Source of the DNA: Carcharhinus longimanus
Lineage: Eukaryota
Length of the DNA stretch: 64,000 bases
Reading direction: 5' to 3'
Assembly: GCA_030264375.1 (NCBI GenBank)
Contig: JASCQW010000099.1
Span: 46,361,651 to 46,425,650 of the forward strand
The first letter of the stretch is position 1, and each line of letters starts with the position of its first letter. The notes beneath the pieces are model-generated. The model was not told where the DNA came from. It saw only the letters and a list, made by a program, of their open reading frames with translations, and ran no database searches. A program made the position numbers and the translations under genes. Below, one piece after another: positions 25,898-36,232 of the stretch.

Positions 25898-28800
25898 CTC
25901 CTTGTTTAATAATTCATGGAAGAAACTAAACTAAACTACTAAATATTACATTAAAAGTAAAGTATAAGAACATCTGAGAGTATTTGCCAGGTTGACTTCC
26001 TTTCAAATATATATGATTCTTGGAAAAATATATTATCTGCTTGGTTCTACCTTGGTATCAAGTTTGCCTCTGGGTTTGCCTCAACTGATGTGCAGGCGCA
26101 GCCTTCATCCAAACGATAGGCATCTCCAATCTCAACTCTTCCAGTGCTCTCATTGGTTTACTATTCTCTGCAATCTTCAGCTCTTCTTAAGTTCTGCTGC
26201 CCATGTCTGACCTTGCAGCAAGTTCTGTTTATACATTAACCATATCTTCATTGACATCCATTGGCTCACAATACATCATGGGTCAATTTCAAAATTCTCA
26301 TTCTTGGGCTAAATTTTCACTCCCAAGTCAAGAGCAAGCACATAGTCAGGAAGATTTCCTACTCCGCAAACCTAACGCTGGAATAATTGTCCTGGATCTC
26401 CGGATTTTCATTCCCCAGGGGCGGGTATTAACTAGTGAAAAAATTAAATACATTTCTGAATGTTTGTTACAGTCTTCACTGTTCAACAAAAAACACCCTT
26501 ATTCAAAATAAGTTAATACATTTAAATTCCTTTAAGTACTTAATCCTTAATACAAACAGACACTTACTTCAAGCACTTAATCCACTATTAAAACAAACAT
26601 TTGCATTCCTACATCCTAGATTTTAAATCATTTGGAACTGTCAATCAAACTGTGAATTTACAGGCATCAACTGTGATAACGATAGACTATAGAATAGTCA
26701 AGCAGCACTAATCCAATAATATTATCCCTCAGGCCTATGTCAATGTACAGCTGGTGAAATTGTAGCCACTGTTTTCTTTCCAAAAATGTAAAGGGCTTCT
26801 AAATTTAAACGATTTGATAGCTTAACATTCCATTAAAACTTACTTACTTTCTAGGCACATTCATGTCTGTGCTTAACAGTCCCAAAGGGCACCTGACCTC
26901 TTCCAAAATGGCATCTTAGCTCTCCCAAAGATTACTTTTGACCTCTCTAGAAGGGTACCGTATTTTTCTAAACAGCTCCAGCAGCTTTAGACCTTTCCTC
27001 AAATATATAAAGCCCATGAATTGTGTTTTCAACATCCCAGCCATGAAAATTGGATCTGTTTGAAGGCAGCAACACTTATCTCTGTGCAACTGCTGCCATG
27101 AACCACAGATGTGTAAGCTACAATCCGTCCCCTGGCAAAATGGTGGGTGCTGGGTTTGGGGGCAGGACTTGCGGAATCAGAACGCCAGTTCCATTTTGGC
27201 GAAAGAAAGTCCCCTTCCAGCTTTGCAAAAATTGTTTAATTGTTTTCTTCGTGAAAAGTGTTTAAATCCTTTTGTGCCCCCTGTCATTCCGCTCCCCTCC
27301 CCCCCCCACGCCAACCTCTGCAACTTCCTCGAGCTTACATATCCCCTGAATTCTTTGACTGATGTACCTTTGGCTGGGCAGGATTTCATTGTTTAGAATT
27401 CTTCTCTGAACCTTTCTGCCTCTTCCTCCCTCTCCACCTTAATGGCTCCCAAGATTCACTGATTTGACCAACTTTTTGCTTACCTCTCCAAAATCATTGA
27501 TGGTTCAGCATTTATTTTGTTCTTCCCTTTGTGCAATTTCTATGTTATATGAATACAAGTCATTACTGTAGTCTTTGTTCTATTCCAGAAAACCAGTTTG
27601 TGAAGGATAAACCTGGAGCTATTTTTACACACTTTTATATTTATTTGCAAAGGCCCAAGTTCTACCGGTGTGGCCATGGCCCCATAACAAAACTGGGTTG
27701 AGTGGGCAGGGACAATCCACCTTCACCATTTATGGGACCCCTGGCCACGTTTTGCAGCTGTCCAACAAATAGGGNNNNNNNNNNNNNNNNNNNNNNNNNN
27801 NNNNNNNNNNNNNNGGCAGCTCAGTAACACCAGTGGAAGCAGTGACCAGTGCTGGGACTGCACCTAACAAAGAGGATGCCATGGGAGAAAGCCACACTCC
27901 CAGCCAAGTAAGTGGGACCCGAGCATGTCATGGCCTATCAGGCATGCCCCAGCAAAGAGGAGGGCAAGTGTTGGTAAGGATAGCAGAACGAGATTGCCAT
28001 GGGGGTGGACATTACCACTGGGGTGGCACTCAGTGCATCATTGAGAGCCTAACACAGAGGCAGCAGGGAGGCTACCATATTCACCAGGTGCCCTATCCAA
28101 TATGGCGAGGACTCACCCTCCACTGGTAAAATGCCAGCAATGAACCTTAATTTGCCACTTAACTAGTGCAATTGGCATCTGGGTAGGAGGTTCATCTTCC
28201 TCCATTCCACCTACTGGTAAAATGCCACAGTGGCAGGAAAGCAATGAACACTTGTCTCCCATTCCCTTGCCATCTTATGGGCCATTATGCTTTCCAGCCA
28301 ATTCCTAGAAAGCTGGTAAAATCAGCCAATGTTAAACATTGCAAACCTACATCTCCTCACCCTACCAGCACAATTTTACTTTGCATATATATATATATGT
28401 ATAAAGGGGATCACGTGAATGCCCCATTAATGACATCAATTGCACAGAATGAAACATGTTTAATGTGTAATTAACCATCTTAAAATTAATATATAGTTTA
28501 ATGAACTGCGCAGAATAACCAAAATTAAGTGTAACTATTCTAGCCTTCCCCCAAATCCAGATTGGCTTAATTGTGATAATAGCAATCTTCTCATATCTGT
28601 AGAGATTTTAATTCATTTTAAGTGCCTGTATCTCTCAATCCAGAATAAAAATAAATCCAAATAAAGAAAAGCATGAAAATCAGTGAAATTTTCATACAGA
28701 ACTCATTCTCTTCAACAAAAAATGCAAGTCATTCTGAAGTCAGACCCTAAATGGCAACTTCCATCTGCCGTATTCCATAGAATTCATAGAATCCCCACAG

Positions 28801-31324
28801 TCCAGAGGAGTCACTTGGCTCATCGAGTTGGCACCGACTTTTCCGAAAAAGCATTTTGTCCAGGCCCACCCCCTATCTTATATCTTGTTGTTTCACTCCC
28901 CCCAGGTATTTTCTAGTCCCCAGTCCAAAGGCACTTTCCACTTTTCCATCCTTACCATTCAGGACCCATTGGACTTTTCTTGCATATCTGAATATTTCAG
29001 GCTATATTGAAATTAGCTGATGCTACAATTTATGCCAGTGCTGGCACTACGACCTCAATGTAGGCAGTGGTTTAGTTTTGGGTATCTTTTCCCACTTGAT
29101 TTCCGTATTCCATATAAATCTCCTCTATTAATTCTTCATTTCATTGAGCCTGAACAAATATTTCTGCACAGGCTAAGATATATCCAAGTCAGCCAAGGCA
29201 ACTTTCAGAAGTTACATTCCTTCCAAATGGTTTTCAGTGGATAAATGGATAAATTTCCTTAACTGAGCACATTAGGGACCACATTAGCAATTTTCACAAG
29301 TTGAACATTGTGCTCTTAAATATATATAAAATATATTCATGTGGAAAAAATGGGCGGAATTTGACAGACCCATGCCAGTGTGTTANNNNNNNNNNTTGGG
29401 TGGACTGGTAAAATTCCTGCCTACCCGTGTCTTGTCTGCAGTTTTATGGGAGGGATGTTGTTAAGTTAGGCCTCGGATGACCCAACTGCCCTTGCCCCAA
29501 ATGAGACCTTTAAATGGGCAATCAATGTCTATTTAACAGCTACTTACCACCCAGTCGCAATTCTGAGACTGGCAGCAAGGAGGTCAGTGATGGGGTGGGA
29601 GAAAGTCTAGCAGAATTGTCTGCTCAGCCTCACGCAGGAAAGAGAGGGGCACCTTCTTTGTGAATCCCTTCCCAAAGGTATGGACAAGGTACTCCCTACC
29701 CACTGGCGTTTCCAATCTCATGCTTGCCATCACCTTCACCTCCCCTAGAGTCTCCCCACCTTCCAACCCTGAGACCCCTGTATCCACATGGTCCTGCTTT
29801 TCCCAACACACTTAGGTGAGATTGCATGTAGTGCCAGGAGTGACCATCAGTCCTGGTGGTGTAGCTGCCACCACAGAGTTGCCTGCAGTTCTCTGAGGAC
29901 GGGCTTCCTCTCGAATGAGGGGCAGTTGTCCTGCCTCCAACTTGTTAAAGCTCCACAGAGCATACATGGCTGTGGAGTAGCCAACATCGATAAAGGTGAG
30001 TGTGGTAACTTTTGTGGTGGCCAGACCACATATCCTGCCATCTGACAAATCCTGCCCAGTGTTAAATAAAATGAAGTAAATATATTGATTGGATCAAATC
30101 ACTCAACTGCTGTGAGATACCATACTCCCTGCTTTAATCTTGATGAGCAAAAAGCTCTCCCTTGAAATTTGGAAGTATACTATCTGATTTTTGACATCTG
30201 CAAGAGTGATGACCCATGGAGATCACCCTCCATTAATCAGACTCCTGTTGTGCATGGAATTGAACCCTTTTTTTAATATTAAACAGCCAGGACTTCCCAA
30301 AGATAGGTACTGCAGCCTTGTGCTAATGACTGCTCATGATCCTGAGTTTCCTGTTTCTTCTTAAATCCTAGAACATGACTGAAAAGGATAAAATGTTGAG
30401 TGAATTTTGCTAGAATTTTGAATCCAAGATAACTTATGTTCAGTTTAGCACTAAACTAACTGAACTGACCTGGCAATTTGCTGATTTTTCTAGTTTCTGT
30501 ATATTGAAATAAAGTATCTTAGTGTGTGCTTACCCGACCACCACATAATGCTGTGCAAGATCACTGAAGTTCACTGGATTACTACTGTGCTTGATTTTGC
30601 ACTATGCCAGTAAGTAAACGTGCAGGATTATGCTTTATTCCAATTGAGATTATTACAGTGACAGATTTGAGGCAGGGTGTACCATAATGGCAACTGTGAA
30701 CACTAAAATTAAACAAGTCAGTCAATGTGGGAAACAGAAAGCATGGCTAAGAATTTTAAGAGATGGGCTATCCATCATAAATAGTCCCATTTAAATTGTT
30801 GACTTCCTATTTCAGCCACTGATGGTCTTATGGGCTTACAGAACATTTGTTTCTATTTCAAATATTTCAAATGCTCATATGGAATGGATACTGTTCACAC
30901 ACTGGAGGTTATAATTTATTCTACGATTTCAGTTGACGCTGTAAATCACGAGAGAGAGATATGGATGATTTACTGTGGTCACGTGAACCCTGAGTATGAA
31001 GTCTAGTCTCAATCAAGTGAGCCAATGAAAGTGGTATCAAATTTATGCTGCAGCTTTTGTGCCATTGCAAAATATAATTTAAAAAATTCACAGGGGGATA
31101 TAATTAGGCAATTATATTCTAATCGAAAAGAGTGTAGGAGATTCCATGAAGGTTTCAGAGGTGGACTTGCTGCTGATCCTAAATGAATTAGAATTAAAGC
31201 AAAGACAAACGCAGCCTAGCAGTGGATGTTTCTGCATTTGTATTAAAAATCTTAATTCATATATTTTTGGCTTGCTTCACTGGATATGCAAAATTGAGCT
31301 ATCGAATGAAAGTAAGGATTTTTA

Positions 31325-31646
31325 TACAAAAACAGAAAATGCTGGAAAATCTCAGCAGGTCTGACAGCATCTGTGGAGAGAGAATAGAGCCAATNNNNNN
31401 NNNNNNNNNNNNNNNNNNNNNNNNNNNNNNNNNNNNNNNNNNNNNNNNNNNNNNNNNNNNNNNNNNNNNNNNNNNNNNNNNNNNNNNNNNNNNNAAAATG
31501 CTGGAAAATCTCAGCAGGTCTGACAGCATCTGTGGAGAGAGAATAGAGCCAATGTTTTGAGTCTGGATGACCCTTGAGCTCTGAGCCTTTCCAGCATTTT
31601 CTGTTTTTGTTACAGATTCCAACATCTGCAGTATTTTGCTTTTATC
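31325..31646. mobile_element. Penelope-derived inverted element spanning an N gap
   Basis: ACAAAAACAGAAAATGCTGGAAAA on the left and TTTTCCAGCATTTTCTGTTTTTGT on the right, flanked by the direct repeat GATTTTTA. Confidence 0.65.
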
Positions 31647-32199
31647 TAAAGATTTTTACAGCTTTGTCGACAGGTACAAAATAGTTAACATAGTCCATTT
31701 TATTAATTTAAAACTTAATTAATGTCGTTACAATTTTGATGACCAGATTTAACACATACTGCTTAGAATTTGGTGTAAGGAGGGAGGATAAAAATGGTTG
31801 CAGACCAAGGTACTGTGAGAAGTAGCATTCCAGATGTGGAGAGAGTGGTCACAATTAGCATTACTGTTTCACTGTTTATTTGTTTCTTCAGCATGACACA
31901 TTTTTAATTTTAATTGTCAATTCCTTCAAACCTTATCAATCCTCCTTGGCAATGTCTTATAAATATTTATACATCAATTTTCCAAATTTAGACAACTATA
32001 GGAGCCCCCTTTTATCAGCAGTGCATCCACAGGCAATTACTTCCAATTTTAATTTCAAGGTAACATATTTGAAAGTGTTGCATTAACCTAGTCAGTTCCC
32101 TCTTGGTCAATTCAGATTTTTGGGCTACAGTCCAGGAACTTTCCATTTTTGATCCTTGGTCCTTGCTGAGTTAATTGATCTCCATAGAACCGTCAGGAT

Positions 32200-32420
32200 G
32201 GAGTAGCAACTGGAAACATGAAATGTTGGAAAGGCACACAGCTCTGTCATCTTCAGCATCGGTGGGGAGAGAAAGAGTTTATGTTTCAGGTTGTGACCTT
32301 TTATCAGATGACACGAAACGTTGACTCTATTTCTCTCCCACTGATGCTGCCAAACCTGCTGAGTGTATTCAGCATTTTCAGTTTTTATTTCAGATTCCAA
32401 CATTGGCAATATTTTTCCTT
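32200..32420. mobile_element. Older Penelope-derived inverted element
   Basis: CAGCATCGGTGGGGAGAGAAAGAGTT and GACTCTATTTCTCTCCCACTGATGCTG form inverted arms. Hammerhead remnants lie at the centre (CGAAACGTT; minus-strand CTGATAA...GAAAC). Confidence 0.55.
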
Positions 32421-33019
32421 TGGGTTTCCAAGCTGAGAATGTGAGCAACCAGCCAACTTTCACACGATCCATTCATTATGGAATGTCCCATCCTAGGAAA
32501 GGCACAACAGTTGAGAGAAGGATTAGGCTAACTCCTGGCAGTCACAGTTACTTTCTCGGTCAGCATCTTGGATGAGATATTAGAGGGCTATTGACAAATG
32601 AGATGCCCTCAGTAATTCACATTTTAGTTGTGTTTGCTGTGTTGATTCAAGTGCCCCCAACCAAAACACCTTAAAAATTTGTGGAAAAAAATCTCAGTGC
32701 AAATGTAATTCTGCTACTTTATTGGATATCCTTGTTTCTTAAGAATGAATAGTCTTTATTTCCTCCCTCCTAATGAGCCGGGCCAAAGCAAAAGTACTGT
32801 ATTACCTAGGATCATTATTTCTGGTGCAAATACCATGGGCTGCATTTAACATGCCATCTTTTCACCAGGGGGACAAGTAAAAGGATAGGTGCCCATCCAC
32901 CCACCCAGCCCTGAGGTTCACCCCATAATACGGAGGGTGGGCAGGTGCTGAAATCAACAGCCAGCCTGTCATATTTTAATAAATAATTAGGGGTCAACTG
33001 AAGTTGTTTGCAGCAAGTC

Positions 33020-33058
33020 AGCTCTGATGAAGGGTCATCCAAACTTGAAACGTTGGCT
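33020..33058 (+). ncRNA. Minimal type-I hammerhead ribozyme motif at the start of a Penelope-derived fragment (33020-33119)
   Basis: AGCT-CTGATGA-A-GGGT-catccaa-ACTT-GAAA-CGT-T-GGCT: intact CUGANGA/GAAA core, 4-bp stem I, weak stem II, palindromic ACGT stem III, GUU triplet. Confidence 0.65.
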
Positions 33059-35324
33059 CTATTCTCTCTCCATGGATGCTGTCAGACCTGCTGAGATTTT
33101 CCAGCATTCTCTGTTTTTGATCTGACAATGTACTGCCCATGCCATAAATCTCACGTTGGGCAGGCTGTTTTGCTGAAATAGTTTTTCAAAGGGCAAAAAG
33201 GAATAAGCACCAAAAAAAACCCTTTTTCTGCCCCCCTCTCTGAACTGCCCGGCCCCAGACACAGGACTTGCCTTGCTCTGTGGCCAAGCTTTCTTGTCCC
33301 TAGTTGCAGTCTCAGCAGTTCCCGCTAATACACTCTTACTGTCACTGGGACCGCTGGAGCTGCCAGCCAATTGAATTAGCCAGCTGCTCCCGAGGGCAGG
33401 GTTTTCTCCCAGTGGTGCAGGTTAACTTCATGCCGAATTTGCTTCTGGGGGTGAGGGTTGCGCGATCCATCCGTTCCCCCCTTCGTAATTTGTTACCCCA
33501 TATAGTTTTAATCAAACTAATGAAATTCAGTGACTGAAACACATACAGAAATAGAAAGGAGCTGGAGGAATCCTATTCCCTAACCTAGTTAAAATAAAAG
33601 TAAATTTGGGTCATGTACTTGACTGAGCAGATTTCAATTTAGCTCGGAATTACAAGATTAAACATACTTTTTCATCACAATAGAGCCAGTTCATGATTCT
33701 TGCAATAAAGGTTAATTAGCTATTTTGAACAAAAGTGGGTACTTCTATTTCCATTATGACTGCTGGCCTTTAATACGATGGTGGTGTTAAAGCTGAAAGG
33801 TTATGCTTCTTAACAAATTAATCCGTGAAACCATTCTGTGTCTAGTTGGTGTCTTACTTAAGTTCTCTGCTTCTCTCTAACCATTTTGTTAGTCCTGATG
33901 TACCTTATTAGTGAAAGTACTTATATGATTTGTGTTTTATCCCCTTTTGTTCTTTCCTTAATTCTGAAGTTTCCTATCTGCCATCAAAATGATATGGAAA
34001 GCTAAAATTTGATGGGCTTGACTGAACATCTAAACAGGTTTCAAGTACATGACAAATGGTTATTATTCTGAAGAGGTGTGGGAGCGTTAATTATCATTGA
34101 AATTGAGTTTCTCTGCTTAAGTAATTGAATGTGGCAAATGGTGAGTGCAGACTTTGCCATTGCTCTGTTAATGTGTGTGCAAGGTTCAAAGGTGACCTGG
34201 CTTACAAGTGATGGGCACACAGAGGAATACAAAGCAATATCTTTAAACTGACAAGAAATTTACTGTCGTGCCATTGAGGTTTTAGAAAATCTGTTGGTAG
34301 CTGTAATGGTATAATTATGATACAGGTACTTTGCATAATTACTTTTCTCATTTTCTAAGGTAAGATTGTGTATACCATGTCAAGAACTATTTCACAATGG
34401 TTCAGCTTTTATGTCTGCTTGCTGTTTCCTCGAGTTGTGTTCATGCACCTTTTTTAGGTGAGGAGTCAAGTTCAGTGTGACACTAACTAGCAATTCTTTT
34501 GAGCAAGTATTATATAGATTTGACCTGAGAATTATCCACTGTGCTGGGGAAAGTCATTGTTATGGAATGTATTTCGGTGGAAAACCTTAAGAAGGAGTGA
34601 CATTTAATAAACAATTTATCTCAGAGCTTTACTGATAAGGATACATCAGTCGATGAAGATAACTTTCAGAGCACCCCACGTTTACCGTGTCTCTGAGTTT
34701 AACATTCTGCTGTGTGGTTCCTGGCTGTGGCTTGATCTTTTCACATAGTATTTAATTTTAAGTTTACAGGAGATTCACTAGACCACCGCTTACTCTCTCT
34801 GTTAAAAGATGTGCAAACCCATTTCCTTGAAATGGGAAGGATGTGATAATAATATAAAAATGGGTGTACCTGGATAGCATGAAAAATTGTTATTTTGTAA
34901 TGTGTTGACAGGTATGCTAACTGATCTGAAAGATTTAACAGTTTTAATATGCTTTATAGTATTATGTTGAAGCTGAAATACTGTAAGAAGCAAATATGAT
35001 TGTGTTTCTAGATCATTCTTTTACAACTTTCTTTCATTTTTCCTTCATGCCAAATCATGGGGGCAATTTGTTGACTGACATGTATGGTGAGCATTCTTTT
35101 TTGATACTTTCAGGCTAAATGTTAAAGTGTTAATGTTTGCATTCAACCAATAAACCAATTGCAGTTGTCATCCATTTCATAAATCTCACTATGTGCTGTG
35201 AAGTTGACGTGTGTTAATGTTTCTGTATTTTAACATGTATGCATTTTGGCTCTTTCTTTTAAATAAACAGCAGTTCTACAGTGCTGTCCATTTCTAATAC
35301 ACCTTATACTTTGTTTGCTCCTAG

Positions 35325-35927
35325 GAGGTCATTTTAATGATCACAGAAGTCCCATAAGAAACCCATTCCTCTACTTCATCATGTTCCTTTGCTTTTCTTC
35401 ATCATGTGCCATTGTTGATTTATTGTTGTCGATAAAAAGGAAACTGTCTTTTTCTTTGAGGTTTGCATTACTGATTGTGACAACACCAGTTGAGTTAATG
35501 GGGTGGTGTTATTCTTAAGGCAGTGTTCTTTCATGGTAGTTGGTGAAGGTAAAAGGGGAGTAGTTAATTCCAAACTGCCACCTAGTGATAATGTTCTTAC
35601 ATGACTTCATCCAGTCAACAGATAACACTATAACTGTAGTGTGCATATTGTTATTTGAAGATTACTTTGTAGATATCTGGGTGGGATACAAAGGAAGTCA
35701 GAACGAACAAAGTATTTGTAAGCACTGATCAAACACTTACTTTAACTCTTGTTAAGATTTGCAACTGCTTTCTCTTTTCCAAATTGCAGGTCAGAAAAAT
35801 ATTGTTTAACAGTGGCTTGAAACCCCTTCCAGATTCTGTATTGTATCCCTTTGCCCATCTTATCAAATCATGCTGACATATAAAAGCCCAGTAATAACCT
35901 CCTCCATGTTTCATGATGTACCCACAG
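35325..35927 (+). pseudogene. Vestigial, frameshifted homolog of the long splice-site-5 exon extension of NRXN2/NRXN3
   Basis: Collinear peptide remnants in different frames: [55 protein letters not shown]. Recalled NRXN3 counterparts are GGELVIPLLVEDP, DSNLPPTDD, TDKSLSTSIFEGGY..W, LKPQPDIVLLP, KSPLITSPMFRNVPT. Length is 603 nt (201 codons). Confidence 0.75.
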
Positions 35928-36232
35928 CAAACCCCACTGGAGCAGATGGCAGAGGCTTCCCAGGAACAGCGGAAGTGATTCGGGAATCGAGCAGCACCAC
36001 AGGGATGGTGGTTGGGATTGTGGCAGCAGCCGCTCTTTGCATTCTCATCCTCCTCTATGCTATGTACAAGTACAGGAATAGGGACGAAGGCTCCTACCAT
36101 GTGGATGAGAGCAGAAACTACATCAGTAACTCGGCTCAGTCCAATGGGGCTGTGGTGAAAGAGAAGCAGGTGAACAATGCCAAAAATTCCAGCAAAAACA
36201 AGAAGAATAAGGATAAAGAGTACTACGTCTGA
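35928..36232 (+). CDS. NRXN1: Neurexin-1 terminal coding exon (juxtamembrane stalk, transmembrane helix, cytoplasmic tail with PDZ-binding EYYV)
   Basis: Phase-1 acceptor cccacag|CA restores ...SSGGL-ANPT.... The protein reads [66 protein letters not shown]...[18 protein letters not shown] and the upstream SSGGL favour NRXN1 over NRXN2 (YQVDQS) and NRXN3 (YQVDET). Confidence 0.96.

Noticed and set aside
35870-35927. ATG at 35870 as the start of a stand-alone 120-aa protein
   Set aside because: It lies within the vestigial exon extension. The conserved protein is entered by splicing at 35928, and there is no promoter or signal-peptide evidence.
35729-36100. 123-aa minus-strand ORF
   Set aside because: Antisense shadow of the NRXN1 exon with no recognisable motif.
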